In this document: in pieces, positions 23,131-34,703 of the stretch
How the letters are laid out: each line of letters opens with the position of its first letter
Numbering within the stretch: the first letter of the stretch is position 1
Origin: Oikopleura dioica
Taxonomy: Eukaryota; Animalia; Chordata
Length of the DNA: 64,000 bases
Direction of reading: 5' to 3'
NCBI GenBank assembly: GCA_907165135.1
Contig: OU015570.1
Span: 2,563,929-2,627,928, forward strand
The notes under the pieces: model-generated
What the model saw: the letters and a program-made list of their open reading frames with translations, nothing else
Told to the model about the DNA's origin: nothing
Databases searched by the model: none
Position numbers and translations under genes: made by a program

Positions 23131-23818
23131 ATGACTCGATATTTCAAACTTGCCGCTGATCTGAACCGACAAGAACTGCTCACGATCTTTGAAAATTTGA
23201 ATCAGTCGTTTCCGCCACAGCATTTAATTACAGATAAGCAATCAATTGTTCTGAACATCCATAAATTAGATGAGGGGGTTTTCGCCAAAAATCGCAAGTT
23301 CGTGTTCCACGATAATGGTGAAATCATCAATAACTTACCGAATGATGACGCTTTTGGTATTGATCAAAAGTTCGCTTATAAGAATCACCGTCTGGATGTT
23401 ACCAAGATCCTCGCCTCTGCTAGAGCAACGACACTTGCAGAGCTTATGGCCTTGATGAAATTGGAAGATCAAAAAGAACGTGAAAACTTAGAAGAATCCC
23501 TCTTGGACTCATATTCTCCGGACTGGTGCGAAATTGATAATTATCGACAAAAACAACGATCACATCTGAAGAAGAATAAAAAACACCAAGGACCGAACGC
23601 GGAACCAGAAGATCAAAGTCCTAAAAGTTCATATTGAGGATCATTCGAAGCCAAATGAAAGAAATCGAAAACAAACCAGAATCGACACATCAAAGATCAA
23701 TAGATTCTGTATAAGCTTCGTGAAATGGAGATCATGCATATACGGCTCGAAATGCAAATTTTTCCACTCAGACTATGCTCCAAGTCACATAAAGCAATTG
23801 ATCAAAAACGAAGATTAA
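23131..23818 (+). pseudogene. gag: Mini-Gag: N-terminal domain plus CCCH finger, no capsid (frameshift near the A-run at ~23580)
   Basis: The N-terminus aligns with B Gag (DLNRQEL/DLSRQEL, DKQSIVLNI/DKSSIVLNI, RKFVF). The +1 frame gives CISFVKWRSCIYGSKCKFFH at 23708-23767. Confidence 0.8.
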
Positions 23819-23819
23819 A

Positions 23820-24585
23820 CAATTCGCTCAATTTCAAGTTCATCTCGAACCCGTATTCGACTTAAACTGCTCAATATTCTTCGACCTTCGTTCATCGAAG
23901 ACGGACAATTTTCCAAATTCGTCACATCACAACAACTGTTAACTACTCGAGATGAAATGGAAAATGCAATAAATATCTACCGTCAATTTTATTAAAAGCT
24001 CAAAGCTCAACTCGCAGCGAATCGCTCATGGAAGCCTTGATAGACTGCCAAGCAATCAATGTGTATTTGGACGACAATCATATGTTCCGTTTCCGCTCAA
24101 AGAAGCTGCCGTCGACACCTCGGAATCGTTCATCAAAAGAATAAATCGATACATGATGACAATTCATCCTGCTCCGCTCAACTTCCAAAATCAACAATAC
24201 CAGAAGCTCCTAAAAGGGACAAGAAAAATTGCCCAACGCTCGAGATCTGCACATCTGTTCTCTGCTGAAAACCAGATCTGTTCCCTGGAAAGTTACCTTT
24301 TCAAATGCCCGCTTACACCTAAGACATATCAGCCTGACCCGACCGCTCCAACTGAAACGGCTGAAGATCAAACAAAATTTGTTCTCAATGAAAATGAGGA
24401 TCAAGAAGCGGAAGAAGATCAGCTCGATCAAAATCTTGCTCCAGCTCCTGCTCATAATGATACGAAAGGAAGATCAAAGTATCAGAAGCCCTCATATAGA
24501 TCAACATGAGCCTGTTGATAGAGATGATGGACTTTAAGTTCTAGCTCCGAAATGGAAACATCGCCTTCGTTCACGACGATGTTAA
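23820..24585 (+). pseudogene. Degenerate integrase C-terminal half in element C
   Basis: Frameshifted pieces KLKAQLAANRSW, SLDRLPSNQCVFGR, IHPA, KNCPTLEI, YLFKCPLTPKTY and WKHRLRSRR are collinear with the integrase C-termini of B and D. Confidence 0.75.
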
Positions 24586-25877
24586 TCAAGCCATTAAGCT
24601 CCTGCTCCTACTCCTAATCACACTTGATTACGAAGTTCGCTCAACATCTGTTTTTCGAAGTCCTGTTCTTAAGGTATACTTGAAGCTCGTTTATTGGATC
24701 AAAAACTTCGGCAATGTTTATGCACACTGGAATGGCTCACTTCAGAGCTCGAAGTAATCCCCGCTGATGATCAAAGGGAATCCAGTTCCGCTCATTTGCT
24801 GTGAAGAAGTTTAATACAGGCCTCTTTGGACTTGTGTTCTCATGACCCAGCTAATGTGTTTATCAATTGCGCACACGATGGACACCGCTTATCTGAACCT
24901 TGGCCCACTCCTCTAAAGATGTGAAGCAATGCGTGCAGTTGCTTTGTCACATTCAGATAATTCATAATCAAGTTACTCAAGGATGATTCTGCTCGCTCGA
25001 AGATTCATCTGCTCAAACGATCGAGATCAAGTTGTTCAAAGACGTTTCTGCTCGCTCATGGGACCGTCTGCTCAATTCATAATCAAAGACGATTATGACG
25101 TTCATGGGATCGTCTTCTCTAACAATCAAGCAACAATTAAGCTCACAAACGATTTTTACGCTCATGAAGTCGTCCTCTTAATGAAATAAGAGTTTTCAAT
25201 TATCAAGTTGCTCATAGACGATTTTGATGCTTATTGAATTGTCCTCTCAATCAGCGAAGTTTATTCTTTTAAAGCTGCTCACCGACGATCTTGAAGCTCA
25301 TTATGTTCAAGTTACTGGCGCCCTCTACTTGCACCGCTATTCCTAACCTTGCGCCGCACTTCCGCAGATGTTGGCGATTGTGTGCAGTTGCCAATCACCT
25401 TATTCGAAAATATGTTCTTGCCGCATTCTCCCAGCTCAAATGGAACGATGCGAATCTCCTTGTTCTAAAAGGGGGAAGAAAAGAAATGAAAACTGCTCGT
25501 TTGCTCGCAAATGTTCAATTGCTCACTTGGTTTTTCAAAAAGCTCCTGCTCGAGCTCGCAGTCGAAAATCCAAATCGATGAAAATGGCTGTTCAAACAGA
25601 AAAACATCTCTGCGCGCTGCAACGCTCGTTAATCTCCCGCGCCAGGACAAAAGGGACCCGTCGTTTCATCCCTAACGTCAAATGGAAATGCACCGACTAA
25701 AACAAGCCAAATCGAAAAATGACTTTACAAAAAGAGACAAGAAGCTCAACGGATCAACCACGCTAGTCACAGTTCCTACGATCACACTTATCCGTGTTTC
25801 AAGTGGCAAAAAGAGAAGTCCGGAAGTAATTAAAAGAAAAATTGTTTCTATCATGTTAATTGCTAAGCAGAAGAGAA

Positions 25878-26566
25878 ATGCCGACTTACCTTGAAACAGT
25901 TATTTTCACCTTCAGAGATGCTGCATAAAACGAAGATACCAACGATTCGCGCTGAATTTCGTCATGGGGATTAAAATACCCATTGTGGAAGAATTTAATT
26001 GTGAGAAAACCTTTGTTATCAGAGAGCTCCTCGAAGAAATCGAAGTATCTATCAAAGAAAAGCCTGATTGGTTCCAAATATTGACTCAAAAATCACTCAA
26101 TCTCAGCACGATCGACAGCAATCTGAAGTGTCTTCTTATCTTCTCTTGCAAAGGCCTCATACTCACCGCTCAAGGATCAAATCCTGAAACAGGAAATTTG
26201 ATTGTCTCCGAATATGCAAGGAAATGGGCAAAACAAAGGTCCGTTTGGAGAAGATTGGAAAACATCGAAATAACCGATTTACGAATTCTCAAATCAGAAG
26301 TCTGCTTTATAATTCACGAACATCTAAAGCACCTAGGGTTAAAAGACTCATCGACAAACACCATGGCTCGTTCAGAAATACAGTTCATCGAAGAAGTAAA
26401 TGATGTTCCGGTCGGCCAAGCTCAACAGCCGCCCGTTGACTCTCCTGTCAACCAAAACGATTCTTTCCAAACAATCACTGCTTATGGACAAAATGCACTC
26501 GATGAAATTATTGGCTTTAAAACACAGGACATTCCTCTACCAGAAAGACAAACGATCAAAAAATAA
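25878..26566 (+). CDS. Accessory ORF-X of element C (open 25895-26566; upstream ATG at 25878 is out of frame by 1 nt)
   Basis: The in-frame extension SYFHLQRCCIKRRYQRFALNFVMGI aligns with B HCFYFQKSTIKIKFQRYCLPMIFGI. The ORF ends immediately before the PPT. Confidence 0.7.
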
Positions 26567-27521
26567 ATGGAGGAGGAATTATGTAGTGTTTCTCATTAGT
26601 CATCCGCCACTTGTGTTCACCGCGCCGCGCCGCGCGCAGTTCACGACCCGCGAAGCGCATTTCACCACGCGCAAACGCTCCGCCGCAAACCGCGAAAGCA
26701 CAGCTCACCACGGACTAGGATCAACTCACGACTCACGAAAAAGTCACTCACCACGATCTAACAGCTCACCACGGTTTATGAAAACCATATATAAACGATC
26801 ATATTTCTCACTGACACACAGTTCACACAACACACTCAACACTACTTTTTACTCAGAGACATCACAATAAAACTTGCTCTTTTTAACACAACGTTCGTCG
26901 CTCACTATTTGTATTCCCGCTCGCGAATACGATAAACGCAATTAGTTATCCAACTTATGTACTGTGAGAAACACGTACAAGCGCTCATTTCAAAGCTCCG
27001 TCTAAAATCTTTAAAATTAAAATTTAAAAAGTTAGTCTATGAATTTGAAGAGTAGTTGGAGCTCTACAAAATGATTCAAATTTGGGAAAAGTCGGACGAA
27101 AATTGTGGGAGGAGATAGACTTTGAGCAAGTCATCCCATTTTTTATACTTCTACGCTCACGATTCTTTTTGTAGTGTTTATATACTGTATTGCGCTATGT
27201 ATAAATTTGTCCTTTCCTACCAATCAATCCTGACAGCTCAGCGCTAGCTGTTCTAGTGCTCATTATTTTCATTTTCGTGAACACCAAATTCTCGTGCTCG
27301 TGAACTCCAAATTTTCGTGTTCGTGAACTCGTAAAATCCGAGTTCACGGAATGAGTCCATGTGCACGAAACCTACTATAAAAAAGACTGCTCCTCTTTTT
27401 ACAATTCATTCTACTTTTCTTTTTTCTGGAATAAACATCTCAGATAAAAATCACTTTGTAGTGTATAATCACTACAAATTGGTGACTGAGTTATTCCTTA
27501 TCCCTACCCCCGATAGAGATC

Positions 27522-28829
27522 ATGATGAAAATCATTACAAAAGAGATTGCAGAGAGATTAATTAATGAGAATTGGACACCTCTCTTATTTGATGCAACAC
27601 AACTCGATGCAAATCTAAAAAATGGGCTTACCTACTTGGCTAGAAAAGACCCAACTTTAGTAAAGAAAATCGATAAAAATCCGCTTCGACGTCTTGGTAC
27701 TGAAAAAGCTGTTTTTCTTTTCAAAACTCCATTGGATGAAATTCCGTCAGTCAATGAAGATCAACAAAAGGAATTGTGCGATCAAGCCAAGCAAATCTTT
27801 GCTGAAGAACGTGAAAGCCAAATTTTTCAAATCGAAAAAGCCCCTCCGCAACCAAAGAAGAAAAACGTGGAAACTAATCCAGGAATGGATGAGCTTACAA
27901 ATCTTGTTCAATCGGGAGAAATGACCGACATTGATGTCCAAATGCTTTTGACTGCGTTTAAAGAAACACACAAGTCCGAGAAAACTCCTGAAGAAAATCC
28001 TACTCCTGCACTGCAAACTCCCCGAATCACCCAAAAACGTGCTTTAACGAATGTGAAAGTTAAGAATCCAAAATACGATTCCTCACTTCCCATCAGCGCG
28101 TGGATCACGAACATGGAAATCTATGGCAAGGTTTCCGCACTTGAAGACGAAGAGCTAATCACTGTAGCTCTGAGTAGCTTGCTAGCAGAAAATGAAGGAA
28201 GTCACATCATGGCATCACTCTCAGCTAACGAGTTGAAAGACTGGAATTCCTTCAAGAATAAAATGCTCGAAAGTCTCGGAAAAACACGGGACTACTACAA
28301 GCTCGAATTCGAGAACTATCAACGTGGTTCTGACAGTTTTGGCGTCGCAATGGCAAAACTCTGCTTCTACTATAAGCAAGGTTACGATGTTGACGACTTA
28401 CGAAGAAGCGATGAAGAACTGCTTATCGAAAGATTTTGCCATTCTCAAGATAGTCGAATGAAAGAACTTCTCCTCCGAGAAAAGGCTCATTTGAATATCA
28501 ACACGATCGTCAAAAGAGCAAATGAGCTAGAGAGATCCATTCCAAAGAGAGAAGTGAATTTTGCGATTCCACAAGTTGCAGCTCATGAAAATCTCGAGAA
28601 AAAGATCGAAGGTCTTATCGAAATCGTCAAGCAGATGAAATCTGAAAAATATCAGAAGAAAAAGACCACACTTAAAAAGAGAGCTCCGATCAATCAAGAG
28701 AAAACGCAAGGATTTTGCCTCAAATTCATCCGCGACGGCAAATGCTCATATGGATCATCATGCAAGTATATCCACGACAAATCTGGTATTGCACCTGAAG
28801 AAGTTGTGAAATATGCTAAATCTATTTAG
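27522..28829 (+). CDS. gag: Gag of element D with CCCH zinc finger
   Basis: Capsid region aligns with B (PKYDSSLPI/AKYSSDLPI, YQRGSDS/YQRGDES). CLKFIRDGKCSYGSSCKYIH at 28716-28775. Confidence 0.92.
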   Translation: MMKIITKEIAERLINENWTPLLFDATQLDANLKNGLTYLARKDPTLVKKIDKNPLRRLGTEKAVFLFKTPLDEIPSVNEDQQKELCDQAKQIFAEERESQIFQIEKAPPQPKKKNVETNPGMDELTNLVQSGEMTDIDVQMLLTAFKETHKSEKTPEENPTPALQTPRITQKRALTNVKVKNPKYDSSLPISAWITNMEIYGKVSALEDEELITVALSSLLAENEGSHIMASLSANELKDWNSFKNKMLESLGKTRDYYKLEFENYQRGSDSFGVAMAKLCFYYKQGYDVDDLRRSDEELLIERFCHSQDSRMKELLLREKAHLNINTIVKRANELERSIPKREVNFAIPQVAAHENLEKKIEGLIEIVKQMKSEKYQKKKTTLKKRAPINQEKTQGFCLKFIRDGKCSYGSSCKYIHDKSGIAPEEVVKYAKSI

Positions 28830-31800
28830 GATGTTCAACAAATGAATTTTCTTGTCCGAATTATTTTTCGGTACCAAAATCTCTCAAATTCATCTCAGTT
28901 AACATCAAAAATCTTGTCTTTCCTGCTCTGATCGACAGCGCCTGCTCTCGAACTTGTATAAATGCCTCTCTTCCATTCATCGGGAAAACAAAACCTACGA
29001 ATATGAAAGTCTACTGCGCAAACAATCAAGTCATCACACCAAACATCCTATCATCACCATTGATGATGGAAGTTAAATCGCAAGATGGTCCACTTCATCT
29101 CAAAACCACTCCACTTGTAATCGACGGACTTTGCTGTCCAATTATTCTAGGACTTGATCTTCTCACCGATTTGCAAATGAGCGCATCTGATGACTTCATT
29201 ACCATACAGCAAAAACGAATAAAAACAGTACATCCCGATCTTTCTCAAAAATTCAACATAAAAGCGATCGTCACTCTTGATGAAGATGATGGAAGCGAAA
29301 AAAAAAAATCATTAAAAACTTTCCAAAAACTTCGAAGTCAAAAAAGCAGAAAAGATAAATTTCATACCTGAAATTGCATCTTTTGGCGACACAAACGAAG
29401 AACAAAAACAAATCCTTCTTCTCCTCACTTGTAAATATAAACTCGCCTTTTCGATGGATGAATCTGACCTTGGAAAACTCCATGGATTCAGATTCTCAAT
29501 GCCTTTTCATGATGAGAAAGCAACCACTCATCAGCCGCCTCGTCCTATTCCGATTCATCTCCAAGCACAAGTTGAATCCGAAATCAGAAAGTGGGAATCA
29601 CTCGAAATCATCGAGGAAACACAATCTCCAAACAATATTCCACTTCTGATTCTCAAGAAACCAGACGGAAGCATCCGTATATCCCTTGATGCGAGAAACC
29701 TCAATGCGTTGTTAATCAAGGATCGATTTCCTTTACCTGTTATGACGCAGGTTTTTCACGAAATAGGAAAGCGCCTTCCTGATAGGGATTCCTGTTTCAT
29801 TTCGAATTTCGACCTCCATCGAGGATATTGGCAGTTACAAACGCTCGAGGATGACTGCCCGAAAATGGCCTTCAGCTTCAATAACAAGCACTACGCAGCG
29901 CGTCGAATGCTTTACGGAGTTGCAACTGGCCCTTCTGCATTTTCAAGAGTTATGGCTAAACTTCTTGACCACAAATCGATTCTCTTGTATCTCGACGATG
30001 TTATTGCTGTCGACTCAAGCTTTGATGAACATGTCAAAACGATCGAATTTATTCTCAAAACATGCTATGATCACGGTCTACTTCTGTCTCCAAAGAAATG
30101 CTTCCTTTGCAAGGGAGAAATAGACTTTCTTGGACATTCGATTTCGAAAAACGGAATTCGTTCAACAGAAAAGCATCTAAAAGTCATCAAAGAGCTTAAA
30201 CCACCCAAAAATCGCAATGAAGTAAAACGAATGTTAGGATGTATTAACTTCAACCTCAAATTTGTCCAGGACGGCTCATCAATCCTTCAACCGCTCTACG
30301 AACTAACATCGAAAAAGAAAGACTTTGTCTGGGAAGAAAAACACCAATCCGCCTTTGATGAAATCAAGAAACGGCTCCTTGAAAGACCCTGCTTAGCTCA
30401 CTTTAAAGAAGGATGTGAGCTTGTTCTCGTTACTGACAGCAGTGGATCTAAGATTGGTGGTTGCCTGTACCAGAAAGATGGTGATGAACTTGTTGCTCTT
30501 GGATATTTTTCAAAGGCACTTGTTGGACCTGACCTTCGAAGATCGATGAGAGCAAAAGAACTGTTTGCCCTCGCACTCGGGATTCAATTCTTTGAATTTT
30601 ATCTTCTCAATACGACCTTCACCGCTGTCGTCGATCACAAGAGTCTTCTGTACTTGTTTAAAGAGCAATCTGAATACCGAAAGAATGACATCAAGCTTCA
30701 AAATCTGCTTAATTACCTTCTACGATTCGACTTTCGAATCCTCCACAAAAGTGGGGACTCACCAATCATGGCAACAGCAGACTTCTTGAGCCGACTTCCT
30801 GAGTACAAAAGCTCTGAGCTTGAAAAAGACTCCGAAACCTTTGAAGACATACCAGAAACAGTATTGATTCTTCACACTTCCTCTGAAAAGAACAACCAAA
30901 TTATCTTCAAATTCGGCGATCAAGAATTTGATGAAAGTACTGTTACAAGACTTCAAATGGAATGCAATATTACCCGAAACAAATTTGAGAAAGCTAAACG
31001 GAATCCAAAGTCATCATTCAAAATCAAAAATGATGTTCTTTACAAGGACAATCGCCTTGTCCTTCCAGAAAACTTGTCCGATGAATTCCTATCATACCTT
31101 CACTGCGTAACCGGACATGCAGGAGCAAAACAAATGGTCACTCTCTGCCAGAAGTTCTTCATTCATCAAGTACAAATGAAGATCCGCCAACTAACTTCTA
31201 CTTGCCCAACTTGCCTTCAAATCAAACCAATGGCAAAACTACGACCGTCGATGATCGAGAAACGAATGTTTGAATCGACTCCCTTTACGAAAACGCACTT
31301 TGACCTTGTAGATTACGCAAGACCCGACAGCGCCGGAAAACGCTATCTACTAACCTGCTGCGACTCCCTCACAGGATTCCTCGATGGAATACCACTAAGC
31401 CGAAAAACCGATGAGATTGTCGCAAAACATCTCCTGAACCTCATTCTTACTCATGGATGCACTGGAGACGCTATCACCGACAATGGTGCCGAGCTAAATG
31501 GCCCACTTGTCACTGAGATCTTCAAACGTTTTGAAATCCGCCATACCACAACAACGGCTTATCGTAGCCAGAGCAATGGTCAACTCGAAAGATTGCACCG
31601 AGAAATAAACCTTAAGCTCAAAACACTCAATGCAAACAACAGAAACTGGTCTGCAGCGTGGCCACTCTGTAAGTATTTTGTTAACAACCTTCCGAAAGAA
31701 AGCCTTGACGGACTAAGCGCCAACGAAGCTTACTATGGTCGCTCATTCAATCCGCCATTTCAAACCAATTTCGATGCCAAATCTTCCGGAAAACCATGGA

Positions 31801-32243
31801 TCAAGAGCCTTGAAAGCTACTTCAAGGAACTCCATCCCGCGATCCTCGCCTACCAAATCGAAAAGCACCGCAAACTTGTCAAATCTGACAAAAACAGCTG
31901 CCCCGTCCTTAAAATTGGTCAAAAATGTCTTGTCTGGAAGCCAGCACTTGGCAAGCTCAGCAGAGTTTGGCACGGCCCCTACACAATTCACAAGCGAATC
32001 AGCAAAGATTCGTACATCGTGAAAGATATAAACATCGGCCGTGAATACAGAAGACACATTAATCTGATCCGACCATGCAAAATGCAGCAGCAGGACTGTG
32101 AAACAGAAAGTCTTTCAGCGAAAGACCAAACCGAAGTTCCGAATAAATGTCTTGATGAAATGATGTCACCCGAGACAATCATCAACTCCGACGACGAAAA
32201 CGAAAACGCCTGGTCAAAGCGACTGCGTCCGCGAAAGCGATAA
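28826..32243 (+). CDS. pol: Pol of element D (PR-RT-RNase H-IN); the protease segment is offset by two compensating 1-nt shifts
   Basis: PALIDSAC and ILGLD lie in the -1 frame. The frame returns to the gag frame at the A-run 29340-29345 (KAEKINFIPEIASFGDTN, as in B). Then LYLDD, VTDSS, H..H..CPTC, HFDL/ITDNG/QLER, WHGPY and WSKRLRPRKR. Confidence 0.93.
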
Positions 32244-32252
32244 AATCAAAAT

Positions 32253-32267
32253 AAAGGGGAGGAAGGG
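32253..32267 (+). promoter_or_regulatory. Internal polypurine tract of element D
   Basis: aaaggggaggaaggg lies 10 nt after the pol stop and shares GGGAGGAA with the 3' PPT. Confidence 0.6.
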
Positions 32268-32905
32268 CCTCCACAACCCTGAATTTGAAATCCACATTCA
32301 GCGTGTGTGGTTGCCAATATTAAAAAGTCCATAGAGTACTCGACTTCAAAGCAATATTCAATGGTAGCTCACGGAGAAGGGACCTCCACAAAAACTGTCG
32401 TCATAAACCCCATTGAATTCCCGCCGCAATCAAAAGTCAAAGATGGCCAGCCTTTGAGATGTTCCGCTATCGTTCCTTACGTCCGCTGTTCACGTGGCCA
32501 CAATCGAACAGGAGACCTTAAGTTCCGATATGTTCATTTTGAGCACGGCTGTGGAAACAACAAAATGCTACCCTTCCAAATTGGCAAAATGTCTTATCGA
32601 AGACTCACGAAATAACGATTAATCATTCTCAGCGAGAAAAGCGGCATATCGAAAACTGAAATCATCAGCTTAATGAAATTTCCGATAATTCGAATGATCT
32701 TCAGCGAAGAATCAAAATAACGCCTTCTTATGCCCAAGAAGAACTCCAGCACAAAATTCGCCTCGCGCTGGAACATAATTGGGGCGCGTCACGGCTGAGC
32801 GCCCCCAGCAATTACCTCGGTCGCGCCTGAGTCCCGACTGGTACCTGGCTAGCAGCGCTAGAATCGTAAAAACGAGAAAAAGCCAAAAAATGAAAAATCT
32901 CGAAA

Positions 32906-33517
32906 ATGATTTCTTTATTTTTGCTCCCGCTCACCAAAAGAATCGTGCAACGTTTTTTACTACCAGCGATCTTCAATATCATCATTCCAGTTGACTTCTT
33001 ACCCATCGCTTACATAGAGAATTTGAAGAGAACACGCGAAATGATCGAAAACGAGCAAGCAGAAGCAGAATTAATCAAGGCGAAATACGAGTTAGACTAC
33101 GACGAGATCTTCCAACTTCTTGAACAACCTCTTCAAAAAGAAGAAACGATTCTTTTCTGGTTCGGTAAAATGAGCTTCCTCTTCACGACCCTTTACGAAT
33201 ATTTCGACAATGAAAATCTAATCAAAACAATTTTGAAAGATTACGAGGAAAAATTTCATACTTTTCGTAATATTTTGAAGATTTTTGAAGTTGATATTGA
33301 GTTCTTTAACAAGAAACTTAAAATTGCAAGTCATTTAAATAATAAATTCCGGACTTCGATTCTCTCTGAATATCCTCCAAGAATTACCAATTTTGAAAGC
33401 CCTCCGAACTCAGTTATTGTTGGAGCCGAAAATCGCCAACCAGTACCTGTGGAAAACTCGCCGATTAACTACGATCAACCATCTTTCCCTGAAAATCTTA
33501 GTGAAATTTTTAATTGA
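32906..33517 (+). CDS. Accessory ORF-X of element D (203 aa, intact)
   Basis: KRIVQRFLLPAIFNI aligns with B KIKFQRYCLPMIFGI. Ends LSEIFN. Last ORF before the PPT. No env-like architecture. Confidence 0.75.
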   Translation: MISLFLLPLTKRIVQRFLLPAIFNIIIPVDFLPIAYIENLKRTREMIENEQAEAELIKAKYELDYDEIFQLLEQPLQKEETILFWFGKMSFLFTTLYEYFDNENLIKTILKDYEEKFHTFRNILKIFEVDIEFFNKKLKIASHLNNKFRTSILSEYPPRITNFESPPNSVIVGAENRQPVPVENSPINYDQPSFPENLSEIFN

Positions 33518-34367
33518 TATATCTGTTAGAAATTTCTATTTTCCCTACGCTTCGCTTCAAATAATGAGGGAGGAATATGTAGTGTTTATATACTGTATTG
33601 CGCTATGTATAAATTTGTCCTTTCCTATCAATCAATCCTGACAGCTCAGCGCTAGCTGTTCTAGTGCTCATTATTTTCATTTTCGTGAACACCAAATTCT
33701 CGTGCTCGTGAACTCCAAATTTTCGTGTTCGTGAACTCGTAAAATCCGAGTTCACGGAATGAGTCCATGTGCACGAAACCTACTATAAAAAGACTGCACC
33801 TCTTTTTACAATTCATTCTACTTTTCTTTTTCTGGAATAAACATCTCAGATAAAAATCACTTTGTAGTGTATAATCACTACATTTTCAAAATTGTCCTTA
33901 TGAAAGTGCAGGCCTTGATGATCATAACGCAAAAAGAATTATGAAAAAGTTCCAAAAGGTTCCCTCGTGATTTTTAGTAATATAATAGAGCAAAAAATTT
34001 CCTTTCTTATGGTATGCAAATGATCTCGGGCACTTTCCGGCAAAAATTCTAGAGCCAATTCTTTGTCAAAATTCTTCACTTTGCGACCAAGTGGGGTGTT
34101 CAAGTCCGGACGATGACAATTTTTTCAGACTAGTTTTTCCCCATCAGTTGATGAAGATAATAGGGAACAAATAACGTACCCTTGTATCGGTCTCCTGACG
34201 CTAGTCAAATTCCTGCTCGGGTTTTTATACTTGGGTCTATGCCGCATAGACTGTGCGTGTACAACTAAATAGACAATACACTGCGACTACAAGATTCAAT
34301 ACTCAAAACAGCTCTACTAAGGCGAAGACCTGAGTTCGCAAGTACCCGTGAGAGTACTTGTTACCAC

Positions 34368-34624
34368 TGATTGCTCAGCGGTCATTGTGGTTGCTGCTGA
34401 TGGTGTTGTTGCTGCTGGTGTTGTTGCTTTTGCTGTTGTTTGCTGGTTTCTTCTGCTGGATAAATAGACAAGTGTTTTTTGTTTGGTTCGTTAGAATGAT
34501 TTATTGATGCGAAAGTCGCCTTTATTTACTCAGAAAGGAATAATAAGAATTTTCGAGAACCTTCGTGGAAAAGTATTAGAATGATCATGAAACTTCTTAG
34601 AACAGTAATAGATAGGGTAAATCA
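34368..34624 (-). mobile_element. Isolated 5' LTR with PBS (truncated element)
   Basis: Inverted termini TGATT..AATCA, internal AATAAA on the minus strand, then 1 nt and TGGTAACA (Met-like PBS) at 34359-34366. Confidence 0.45.
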
Positions 34625-34703
34625 CTTAAATTTGAGCTCATATTTGGACGTTGTAGAAGAGGCATATACGGTGGTTTTCCATCTTAAGAGCGCCCGACTA
34701 AGA

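Larger units (their letters stand above)
22642..26979 (+). mobile_element. LTR element C, non-autonomous deletion derivative of the B/D family
   Basis: LTRs at 22642-23060 (419 bp) and 26582-26979 (398 bp), differing by one 21-bp repeat unit and 2 substitutions seen. TSD agcg. PBS TGGTGAC at 23066. PPT ggaggaggaa before 26582. Confidence 0.95.
27170..33882 (+). mobile_element. LTR element D, full-length Ty3/Gypsy with CCCH Gag and accessory region
   Basis: TG..CA LTRs at 27170-27476 and 33578-33882 (2 substitutions and 2 homopolymer indels seen). TSD tttt. PBS TGGTGAC at 27480. PPT gagggaggaa at 33566-33575. Confidence 0.96.
22332..33947. mobile_element. Foldback/MITE with ~245-bp arms, interrupted by LTR elements C and D
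   Basis: Left arm 22332-22576 is the reverse complement of 26982-27169 joined to 33887-33947. Confidence 0.8.

Noticed and set aside
14038-32615. Alternative genetic code (TAA/TAG = Gln) suggested by several in-frame TAA codons
   Set aside because: ORFs of 900-1000 codons contain no TAA/TAG and end at standard stops; sporadic nonsense mutation explains the pattern.
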